Origin: Psilocybe cubensis
Taxonomy: Eukaryota
Direction of reading: 5' to 3'
DNA: 64,000 bases
Assembly (NCBI GenBank): GCA_017499595.2
Contig: CM039009.1
Coordinates: 2,418,001 to 2,482,000, forward strand
Shown: positions 40,208 to 51,500 of the stretch, in pieces
Numbering within the stretch: position 1 is the stretch's first letter
How the letters are laid out: every line of letters begins with the position of its first letter
Notes under the pieces: model-generated
The model's database searches: none
What the model was told of the DNA's origin: nothing
What the model saw: only the letters and a program-made list of their open reading frames with translations
Translations under genes and position numbers: made by a program

Positions 40208-42243
40208 GGGTAAAACAGTGCGGAGAAAAGTGCATTGTCTATACTACGTCAATAAATATATTAACCGTAAGCCGATAGACGCCCGACGTAGGGGAAGAAC
40301 AAATTGGTATGTGTGAGAAACGATCATGAATCAGAAAATCAAATTCAAATAGTACAGAACGCCCAGAACCCAAGAACGCGTAATTATTTCTATTTGAACT
40401 CTGATTGATGAAGCTACCGATATCAAGGAACGTGTGTGCCTGCACAGTTCTATTTCCAACCTTTCAGACCCATAGTTCAAAGAGTGCATTTGTTCCATCT
40501 CTAAGTATTAGTACAATATATAAGCATGTTGGCTAGACGGTTCCACATGGTTTTAAAAATTAAACAACAACGCAAAAAAGTGAATTGAGTAGGACTATTG
40601 TTGTTGGGTATAATTAATTTTATGGAAACGCACATTCACATTGCGATCAAAACAAATCAAAAACAACCTTTAAAGTAACCAATGGTAAAAAGAAGTCGTA
40701 GAATGAATTGGAAAGGGGTTGCTTAGGGGGTCCGGTGACCGCTTAAGGAAAATACCGATAGCGGTAACAACATTGATCACATCAATAATATTTTGATGGG
40801 GACAATTGGCGAGGACATTTTTGCTCGCTGGGTTGTGGGGATAAAAGAACTCATCTTTACTTACGTAAAGACTCGTAAACCCTGAACGCACTGACACACC
40901 CTGACCAATTTATAGATCATTGGAAACATGCACTGACATTGCACTGACATCACTGCAGTTTGCACTGACATTACTGCGGTATGTACTGACATGCACTGAC
41001 CGCACTGACGTTGCACTGACATTTTCCAGTGCCCCCATTACGGCGGCTATGTTGATATTTGTGAGTACGTTTGGCGTTGTAAAAAGAGTTATGGTGTTGT
41101 TGCTCAGTAAATTCGTTCTTGTTATATAGACAATTATGCCTTACATAAATTGACATAAATGTATCTACGCTCAAGCTCATCGGCTTCCATCACCATCAGA
41201 TAATCAAAGCACATTGCCTGCTAAGACTCATTGCAAGAAGTCAGAAGTCAGATATCATATTGCCCATGCGTTTTTTATCTCTGCAGGAAGACTAAAAGCG
41301 CGCCAGAAGGTTATTTGTGCTTTACTCTCGGATATGCGATTGGTTTACAAGCAAACCGGAACTTAATAACATTATGTTCAATATGGTCTTACATACCCAC
41401 ACCGTACCGAATAGTCGCTTCCATATTTGATTATCTTTCTTTTCACCGGCTTCCTTGAGAATGGTAAGACCTCGAGCGCGGCCGAATAGCAACTAGAAAT
41501 GTACAATCCATGCGCAGCCGAATAGCAGCTAGACAATCATACTTTATCAGTGGCGAAGTATTACCCTTTATGGCAATTATAGTCTTGTATCACACGCAGG
41601 GGCTACAGTCTCACTCCCATGTCGTGGCAGCTGTGTGACGTGTAGAGATGTCAGCCGTGCAGGAGTCCTGGGCCGTGAGCCTTGTCACATTGGGATGGAA
41701 TCCACATCTGGAAAGTTGAAAGCTATTTGAGGGTACGTTAGAGAGGCAGGAATTCAACCAGTCTCACCAGCAAAGAGAGAAACGTAGTGTCAATAACTAT
41801 CTAAAGCATAGTCGGCAGCACGACCTTTACCTATACTGAATCATTTTGAAGATATCTTCTCACACCTCCCTTTACCCAAACCACAGCTCTAATGCGTATG
41901 GATATCATGCATGACAAGCGGCTCTATATATCCTTACCCTACTCCTTTTTATCCCTCCCATTTTTCATATTTGTTGTCCTGTTCTCCCCTTGTGTCATTA
42001 TTTGTGGTATACTGCCTTCAATATCATCAAGAGACAAGCCACAAGAGTTTAGTAAGCCCCGGTGTCTGTAATCCAAAATGATTGAGTTGAAGTGCACATT
42101 TGAATTGAAAGGCGATAAAAACAATCAATTTATATTTTTTAATCTTTTATGTAAACAAGACGATACGAAACAAAAGTGATATTTATGAAATTAGTTGAAT
42201 GCATTTTTAACGACGCCACCTTAAGCGTCGGAACTGAACGAGT

Positions 42244-43865
42244 TTAATTAGCAGGATCGATCCTGACTTCTCCGGTGGCAACGTCAATGCTGACAATCCA
42301 GTCGGAATTGGGCTGAAGACCGATGAGATTTTCATCGAACAAGACGGGGGATTCAATGTCAGCCCTTATTACATCAGTGGCTATGATTGCAAAATTAGCA
42401 TGAACTTGATCAATCTATACAGTAAAGTAGGCCAACTTTTGTAGCCGGAAACCGCATATATCTTCAATTTGGGGGTAAGCTGAACTGAAAGTGTATAGTT
42501 ATTTCTGTGCGATCCGTTAGATGGAGGAGCAATATACAGGTAAATTGACGTACGCAACGTTGTCCCACAAAAGAGCAGGCTCTATCTTGAACCCGGTGTC
42601 ATTAAAAAAACCCTTGAGGAAGTAAATTAGCATTCATTAGTTAAACATAAATAAGTCATACAATTCCCAAGCTTGCAGGCCGCTCGGTGAGATTTGTGCA
42701 TTGCAAAACACCTTTAACTCCAGGAACCGGGGAAGTAATGTATCTGTGAGTGTCTTCAACCTTGAGGGTACATTTTTCTCCAGTCTGCATGCATGGAGCT
42801 AGTCGGATATTTGGGGATACTTTGAAATTGTACATTACATACCTGACAGTGCTGAGCGTTAGAGGCAGATACACGATTCCCCCCTTGGAACTAGTATTTA
42901 CGGCTTTAGACGGTTAGTCAAATTCCCAATTCAAAGGGTACTAACCGAAGGTACAAAGAATCCGGTGTCTGCACTGTATGTGACTGAGGCGTTGCATGTC
43001 CCCGTTCCAGAGAATGATATAACCTCTGTAACTTGATCAGTATTGTAATTTATATTCCATTCTGCAGCAGGGGCTCACTCCAAGCGAGAGGAAACAAGTC
43101 GACATAGACACGGCGGGCAAAAGTGCTGACTAGTCAGCCTGGGAGTTGGTCTGACCAGTCACCTGACCAGCGTGCTGACTAGTCACCTGACTAGTCATGT
43201 AGCTGTCACGCATTTATTGTCACGCTGGTAAGTTTCTGTAATTCCGCTCATTGATTGTAGAACAGAAGATCTCTTTTCTATGCCCCAGACTTACATTATT
43301 TGCTTCTTTCATGAATCTTGTTAAAGATATCTAGCATGCATCGACACAATTTTGGTACAGCATCTATTAATTGTCCATTTGTTTGAATAATGACCGAATT
43401 TCAACCAAACACAAGAAATGTCCAATTCATTCATTGCTTTTCTTCAGTGAGATTGCTTCAGAAGACAATGGTTTATTCCCATTTAATCTTATGTTACTGA
43501 ACTCATTTACCAATACTAACCAGCGTGACAACATTTGTGTGACCTCTCCTGACTGGTCAGTTGATTCGTCACGGAACGCGTCACGATATGGTCAGGTGAC
43601 TGGTCAGACCAACTCCCAGGCTGACTAGTCAGCACTTTTGCCCGCCGTGAGAGCTTGCCGACCTTAGGAGGTTCAAACATGAGGAGGAGGTCGATTTGCG
43701 TGCCAAGATCTTTGGCATAGAATTCAAGTGTCCTTGTGTTGCCACAGGTGGCTTCGCGGTCAACGAATTGGTTAAGAGTCCTAGAGCACTTTAACAACAC
43801 CGCCTTTCTTTGGGAATGAATGTCACTTACGGGGTGGATGCCGATTCTACGTAAACCTCTGCCAT
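42244..43865 (-). pseudogene. Family paralog K, otherwise intact but interrupted by a MITE; probable extra 5' exon
   Basis: MAEVYVESASTP|TLNQFVDREATCGNTRTLEFYAKDLGTQIDLLLMFEPPKVGKL[MITE]YVDLFPLAW|RVISF...|...|TTDVIRADIESPVLFDENL...RIDPAN*. All remaining exons are open. Confidence 0.88.
43109..43649. mobile_element. MITE (CACG termini), 541 bp, inserted in a coding exon of paralog K
   Basis: ~60-bp TIRs CACGGCGGGCAAAAGTGCTGACTAGTCAGCCTGGGAG... with no mismatch seen; 3-bp TSD AGA (43106-43108, 43650-43652). Confidence 0.93.
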
Positions 43866-44052
43866 ATTATTGAACTGGGTAAGGATTTGCTTCAAGTTGG
43901 AGATATAAGAGAGCAAGGTCAAGTTTCTGATGAACAGCACTTGTCATTTACACAAGCTTTATATACGATTTCCTGCGTGATTATTTGGAGTAGTGCGGTT
44001 ACTTTTAGAGCAGGTTTCGAACGCATCATTATCAACACAACACTGGTACAAT

Positions 44053-44815
44053 AGGGGAGGTCAGAGTGGACAATTCGGAGGCGATTCGCGAACGATTCAG
44101 GTCAGGATTCAAGACCGATTCTGACGCAGAAATTTGCTTCCGAAGCGCGATTCACTCTGACCCCCCCATTTCAAAACTTCGATTCACCTTCGATTCAGTA
44201 GGCGATTCACGGATGGTCTTTGTGCCAACTGATAATAAAAGTTGTTTAAAAGCAGTTTGAGAGAAATTTTTGTACGCACTCAATTGAGCATTTGGATAGA
44301 TCCTCTCCTTCTGCCTCGTTCTCTATCTCAGAACAATCCGATTCTCCATCCGATGACTCTACAAGCATCTCAGCCTCCTTCTGTTTGGCCCGCCGTGTAG
44401 ATTTTGCTTTTTTGGCCTGTGTTTTGGTAGGTTTCTTGGGTAACGTGGTCTTGCTGAGCGATTTTGACGATGCTGAACGAGTTGTACGGCTCGAATTTTT
44501 GGCGGCCATAGTGAGAGCCTCACAGAAAGAGTCTGTGTATCACACCAGCCCTCACGATGATGTATATAATTAGGTAAATTGAAAATAATTAATAAATTAA
44601 ATACTGCTCGATTCTGCTGAGTAGAATCAAGCTGTTGAATCGTCTCTGAATTGTTGAAGCGGCTCCAGAGCCGCTTCAACGATTCAGAGACGATTCAGCG
44701 ATTCGGCGATTCACGTTCTGAGGCGATTCAGCGTCTTCCCACGCTTTTGATGACCAGAATCGTCTCTGAATCGTGTCGCTGAATCGCCTCCGAATCGTCC
44801 ACTCTGACCTCCCCT
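44053..44815. mobile_element. Internally deleted TIR element (~760 bp) with a gene N-terminal fragment
   Basis: TIRs AGGGGAGGTCAGAGTGGAC.ATTCGGAGGCGATTC; flanks read as TSD AAT (or TA if the ends are moved in 1 bp); CGATTC subterminal repeats; contains basic/acidic ORF 44246..44509(-). Confidence 0.85.
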
Positions 44816-45800
44816 AATACCGAATGTCAGTTTATAAAAATGCTATCCCAAAGTGTACCAGAATAATCTTCAACAATGCGTTTTCATTATAATTGCCATT
44901 GTATTCTCGCTAGAAGTTAGTCAAGTGGGTGTTGCTATGTATTTATTTAGTAAAACATTCTGTGGCCTTACACATTGCCTACAGTTTATTTCAAGTAAAA
45001 CTAGAACAGCACACGAGGAAAAGCAAACCATGGGTCGGTATTTCCATCTTTGCACATTTTGTTCCTTGGACGTACACTGTGTCTCACCTGCTAGCGAAGA
45101 AGAAATTTAATATCACCAAAATTTCCTCAGTAATTCCACGGACACATTATATCACCGATGGCGAATGTGGTTAAACGATTTTGGCTATAGAATGTTTTAC
45201 AATCAATTTTCTACAGTTAAATTCAACACCTTTGCCCTAATCTGTCAAGCATGCTGGGTACAAGTGTTCAAAGCAAGTCCTGGAATTACTTTATATCTCA
45301 TTAAGCCAATGCAATAAAGGACTATCCTCTATATCTTAGCGTTATTGTCACCGGTATCCATACTAGAAGGAAAATATAATGATATGCACAAATTAACAAA
45401 GAATAGTAAAGAAATTCAGGGTTACATGTATTGCTTTTGTCAGATAACACGGATAGCGTACCGGGCCTATTTGAATGCTGGGAGTTCCTTGTCATGATCT
45501 TTATTGCATGAACTTACAAGGCAATCTGTTTCCTCTTGTCAAGGACAACAATACACAGTCCAAACACTATTGCGCCGATTGATCTCAGAGGTTTGAGGAA
45601 AGGTATTGAACCTTCCCCATGTGATTGCCGACGTTAGCAACGAGCGGAAGGGGCATATTAAAAAGGATTTATGTTCGCATGAAACGATTAATTGTATGCC
45701 TACTTACTTCTAATCTTGCAATCTTCATTACACAGTCACTAAATTCGCAGGTTTAACGCCGTGAGTAATCATCGGTCTGTTCGTGTGATGGGTTTGCTCC

Positions 45801-47311
45801 GGGCACTGGAAAATGTCAGTGCAACGTCAGTGCGGTCAGTGCATGTCAGTACATACCGCAGTAATGTCAGTGCAAACTGCAGTGATGTCAGTGCAATGTC
45901 AGTGCATGTTTCCAATGATCTATAAATTGGTCAGGGTGTGTCAGTGCGTTCAGGGTTATGTTAGTGCATTGGTTAGCTCATCGTGTGGTGGCAAAATTTG
46001 TACTTGTTAATTGAAAGTTGTGGGCCGTGAGAAAGTTAACTTGGGGAGGATTAAAGCATACAGTCTCGGAATTTATGGGTCAGGAATGGCTAAATACCAA
46101 GATATAGAAGTAGACATATATTCTCTACATTTTCAAGTAACAATCCGGTGTACTAAATCAAGCATAGATGTTGGGAAAATGAATGAATTGTGTAGGAATT
46201 ATTAGATAGGCGCTTCAGAGTATCCCTTTGTATAACTAATCAAACATGCTCATTTGACAATGCTTTGGGATCATCTTTTGCTGAAGGTGCAACAATGCTT
46301 TGGTATTGGCCTTGTATTGGGGTGTGGTTTGCTGGTAGGGATTCAATGTTATCATGTCACAGCTGAAAGGGCAAGGGAGTTAAAAAGTCCCATTGGAGCA
46401 CCCTATTTAAGCGGGTCTTGGGAACAGCTGATAGACTGGAGGGAATTGATACAGTCTACCTACCTACTATTGTATTCCTCATTTAAAATCAAAGATAACA
46501 TGATTAAGAGGTAAAATCAATGTCAGTGCATTGTCAGTGCATTATCACTGAAGGTCAGTGTATGTCAGTGTATGTCAGTGTATGTCAGTGCGTTGTCAGT
46601 GCATGTCAGTGCGTCGTCAGTGCATGTCAGTGCGTTGTCAGTGCAATTGCTTGGCGGTCAGTGCATGTGTCAGTGCATCAACTCTTGGCAGTTAGTGTAA
46701 AGATAATTTATGCGACTAAATTGCTTTCTAGACACTTGTAATACAATCAAAATCTGTCTAAGCAGTTGGGCACTCAACATCCTTTTATTGTATATAAGTA
46801 CAGACTTCAATATTACACGGAATATATTACTCAATGACAAATTTCTCTACAAATAATAGCCTGGCCCCTGTGGCATGAGCAAACTATATCATTTTGTGCA
46901 CATTTATAATATCATTTGAATTGTATGTAGCATCCATCCTAAAGGTAGATGCCCCAACTGGTGTGTACATTTTACTGAGGACACAACCACCTAAAATGTA
47001 AAGGCACATGGTGTGACACTTCGTCAAATTTTGTTTGTATCAAACACATAGCAATTACAACTCCGTGGTTCTCTTAGTACAACAACCTACTATATAAGCA
47101 TCTAAATAGAAAGAAAAATTAAAATCTATGAGGTTAAAATGGCACCGTAATGTAATATCCTGCTCAAACACAGTTTCATGAGTCCTAAGTGATGTCAGTG
47201 CACATCAGTGCATGTCAGTGCATGTCAGTGCATGGACATTATATTGCCAGTGTATGTCAGTGCAGACGTGCACTTACATGCACTGACATGCACTGACATT
47301 TCTTGTTGCCC
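45801..47311. mobile_element. Non-autonomous MULE, 1511 bp (empty-site version of 34401-41034), inverted
   Basis: GGGCACTGGAAAATGTCAGTGCA ... TGCACTGACATTTCTTGTTGCCC; perfect 9-bp TSD GTTTGCTCC (45792-45800, 47312-47320). Confidence 0.95.
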
Positions 47312-48541
47312 GTTTGCTCCTCCATTCACTTTACTAAAAAAATATTGATTGCTTGACGGTGAACATTGGTAGAAGCACAATGAAGAAAACCCTGAATATG
47401 AGGCCCTATCGGGCGGTGTCCCTTCAGAGCAAAAATATTTGACGTTTCATCCCACCATTCAGTCCGCTCACACCAGAATTAAGTTTTATCGTTACAGCAA
47501 AGACTGCAAAATAGTGATTTTCTAAGGGAGAACCGTGACCCCGAGGCTTTATCGCAAATATAAAGTTCAATAAAACGGTGTTCTTGGGCGCAAGCGAATA
47601 AGCAGGTCTGGGATATCTTGGTATGGATGTTGGATAACACAAGGCTTCCCGCGCTTCTGTTCGGAAGCTGTGCTTATGGACTATGTTATGCTCTATCTAA
47701 CGTTCATGAAATGCAAAGTGCTGCGAGAAAGTTGTAAAGTTGTATTTTTACGCTGCAGATATGGTTTGTAGGTTTAGTCGTAAATTTATCGGCTGAAAAA
47801 ACAAAGTCTTCGTTATCTGAGTAGATTGGTCACATATCGTCAGATTTTAGCACTAAGAATAGAAAAATAGATCAACACTGGGTCAAGAGGTGCGGTGATG
47901 AAGGTCAGCGTGGTAGTTTTAGAGCACAAAAAACTAACAATTACATTGTTTGCCTAACTAAACCCGGTTCGACATGAATTATGCGCTACCATTCTACGCC
48001 CGTCCATCAGCGGGTATGAAAGATAACATATCCTCGCTTTGTACGTCCCTCTCTGACTGGCAGTAGTTTTGTGATGAATTTAACACCAGGAGACTATTAT
48101 AGCATATATCTAATCAATGACAGTGCAGACCACCGAAGAGATTGAAGGAGACAGTATCCCACCAGCAAAACATTCAATATCATCCCTTAGCTATGATATC
48201 TGATGCAAATGTGTAGTGTATATTGTGGCCTTTGAAATGGAGAAAAAAAGCATTAAGTGCACACGAAGGACAAGCTTGAATTTAAAAGAAGGATTCCTGA
48301 TCAAAGAGAAGATGACCCGAAAGCCTATATATCAAGATCAAATCCACAAATATTGATTCAAAGATACACCAGCAAAAGCTACTATGAATCTATGCTCACA
48401 GAGTTGCATGTTCAATCTGTGCACTCGCCGTCGCAAGCGGTGGCCCAAAGTCTAGACCGCATTTGTTTTCCCATCACCCCGGAAGGAAGCAAATCCAAAC
48501 AAATCACGCCACGTGTATGTTTGGTTCCTCGCCCATTTTTT

Positions 48542-51500
48542 GGCCCGATACTGATAGGAGTGATGCGAAAAATAAAAAAGGAAAAAGAAAAAGAAAAGAA
48601 AAAGGGAGAGGAGAAAGGAAGGGATTATTGCTTAGCTTTGCGACAGTTTAGATAACACTGTACCTGTGATGTCCAATAATGATTAGTAGGCTCGCATGGC
48701 TAGTTCGGGGGACCCTTTTTTATACCTTTATGAGCTGGATTGTCGCTTAACTGGTTTGGTTCTCTCTCAAATTAGCATGGCATTGGTTCAGACCCTTTTT
48801 CTTGTATTTTCGGCACAGATACTCGCGTAGATTATATTCGCAGACTAAGCTAAAGTTGGAAAGCACGATTAGATTGCAGGTTACGGTAGTATGTAAGTAT
48901 GCTAGTAGTCCATTAATTCCATCCCTCATAACACTTCTTCGTGGGTCTCTTTGTATTTCTGCCTTTGCAGCTATTGTATTGGCCGCAATCTTGACAGCGG
49001 TTGCGACACAGGTTAACGTTGCTGCTTCCGGAGCAGTCTCTTTGGCCACATTTGCGGCACGTCCGCCGTTTTCGTGGCTTTTTGATTGGCTTTGTTTTCT
49101 GGAGTGATTCAACCACTCGTTGACGCGCAAGCTTCTCCATAATGATTTTGTTCTGTAATTGATGGCTTCTAGGCGAGGTAGGGCACATTTGCTGATGTTC
49201 GAGTTGTTGAGGAGCTGAAATAACATCTGTTTCGCGCCAAAATTCAATGTCCCGGCTTGCCATGTCATCGCGAGAAAGCTGTTGACTTGGTAAATCCGAG
49301 TCAACATGCATGGCATTTGTTGTAATGGGCAACGGTGCCAACATGCGATTTCCATTATCATTGGTTTCTAGCAAGCCTTCGCAAGCAGTGAGAGGTTGTG
49401 GGCACGGTTTGAAAGGTACAACAGGTGCTTTTCGTGAACGTGATGGGTCGTGAATGATGATTGAGAGTGGTCCACGGATATCTGCAGTAAGAGACAGAGT
49501 TTCGTGGATGTGTGAAAGTGTTTTCCATTTATTATAATATGCGCTCAATTGCTCAACAAGCTAAAAAAAATGAATATTTGGACTAAGATGTTACTCACAA
49601 ACAAAAAGACCAAAACAACATACCTTGTAAGAGACATCATTTGTTATGTCAGCCTTTGCATTCCATACTGGAACTGCATCTCGCCATTGTGGCTCTCCAG
49701 ACACCGGACTAAAGGCAGCGTGACTTTTGATCAGATCATGGAAGAGCTTCTTTTCCGTTGCTGTATGAACAGGTAGCACAGGCTTTCGAGTGCCCTGAAT
49801 ATTGGCAAGATACTGATGCATTTGTGGCTGATTAGGAATAACAGTATTTGAATTATATGGAAGCATGCCTGTGGCCGTTCGAATGCTTTCTGGAATAGGC
49901 AGAATCCCAAGAACTTCAGTCGTTGGCGAATAGAGGTTGCCATTGACCCAGCCATCAATTTGGACTGGGTTGATGAGTATATTGTCGAGTGAAATTGTAA
50001 GTTCCTGGAGTTTGTTTATGATCCATATCGAGAAATGACTTCGATATGGTTGGCCAGTAGAGTTGTATGTACCCGTCTAAAGTCATGTTTAGTTAGTAAT
50101 TGTTGAAATTTGATTGAAATAGTAAATTTACTTACCTGGAGATTGTGCCGAAGAACAAAGTCCTTAAGACAAGCCTGCATATGTCGGAAAGACGTGCCAA
50201 ACTTTGGCAAGCGGGACCGTATATGGGTATGAACACCGCCTTCAGTTGTATTTGTACCACGGGCACATCTGTATATGGGAAGGCCTGTTGATTTGTCGGT
50301 CCCAATTCGTGTATACAAAGGAATTCCAGGAGGATCAGATAAATATCCTCCTATAGCAAGTTCAAGAATACATTTGGCAGTTTTCCAGCCTTCCACTGAA
50401 AACAGGGGCTTTTTGGTTTTGGGATCCCTCAAGGGACCATATGTGCGAAAGACTTTGGCAAGATATTCATAGACAATATGTGGTGATGGAATATGGTGCT
50501 TGCATCGTTGACGTACCCATTCTGAGCGTGAATTTCGTAGCTGCTCATATGTTTGAGGTGGAGACCACGTTGCACCAATTGCGTCAATACGATCCTTGTC
50601 ATCTTTATCAGGAATAAAGATTGCATCGCGCAGATCACGAGTAAACTGCTTTCGGAGCCCATGAGTGGCGGGAATGTAGAACATGTGGAAAACATGCCAC
50701 ACGTCCTTGATGACACGACTGTGCAGTGTATAATCCCACTGATCTGGATCTTTTCCCAAGTACTCCTTGCAGAATAACACACTTTCAGGATCAACCTCAA
50801 AGCCTTGCACAGAATCAGTAGAACATCCTTCAGAGAGGTCATCAGATAAGAGATCCCCAACCGAGCAAGAAGGCTCTGAATCATTGGGTGCAGCAAAGTC
50901 ACATTCGGAATCAGCATCCTGAAAAATGCTTGCAGATTCATAGGGGGTTTCGGTTTCAGGCTCGGAGCTGGCAGATTCACAAAATTTGATTGTCCTTGTT
51001 GATGAGGCGGCAGGATCATAAAGTCGAAGATGGCTCTGTAAGCAGACTATCGAAAACGGTGTTTGGCCAAACGATTTCAGAGTTTGCCGACGATGCTGTG
51101 GAATAATCGCACCCGGAACAAGAACTTTGAGAACATCAATAACTGTTCTCCGTGCAGAAACTTTGATTCCATCATATGTTTGGCTTCGGGCGTGACGTGA
51201 TATTTGACCTTCTGCAATGATTGTAGTGTTATCGTTGCTGAAGAGAATGACCGGCATGCAAGGTTCCACCAATGATGGGAGTAGAGATGGCACTTTGATG
51301 TTTTGCATTTCTTTGTAGAGGCAGAGCGAAGCGTATGCATCTTTTGCAGCATAGCTTAACTGCTCGGGGGACAAAACAATATTCTCCCACAAGTTACTGA
51401 TTCGTTCTGGTACATTTTTGTCGAGACGTTTATGCAAAATCCGTGCACACAGATCTGCCAGACTTGTTTTTGAAATATTTGATATTAAAAGGCGATCTTT

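Larger units (their letters stand above)
35756..40878 (-). mobile_element. Helentron/Helitron2-like non-autonomous element with two cargo genes, 5123 bp
   Basis: Ends are fixed by the empty site at 45956/45957; no TSD. Perfect 13-bp asymmetric subterminal inverted repeat ACGAGTCTTTACG (35790-35802 / 40864-40876) and a GCCAC..GTGGC stem-loop (35769-35786) near the 3' end. No Rep/helicase ORF. Confidence 0.75.
30123..41034. mobile_element. Compound Mutator-like (MULE) insertion, 10,912 bp, no transposase seen
   Basis: Termini GGGCAACAAGAAATGTCAGTGCA / TGCACTGACATTTTCCAGTGCCC; 10-bp TSD CCATTACGGC (30113-30122, 41035-41044); subterminal GCACTGACAT arrays; a second left end at 34401. Confidence 0.9.
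34401..41034. mobile_element. Inner non-autonomous MULE unit (1511 bp once the nested insert is removed)
   Basis: 34401-35755 and 40879-41034 are the reverse complement of 45957-47311 and 45801-45956, with matching lengths and identical mirror ORFs. Confidence 0.9.

Noticed and set aside
45801-47311. First read as an internal-deletion derivative of 34401-41034
   Set aside because: The missing 5123 bp has its own terminal structures, repeated in the nested 38331-39894 element, so it is an insertion in the other copy rather than a deletion here.
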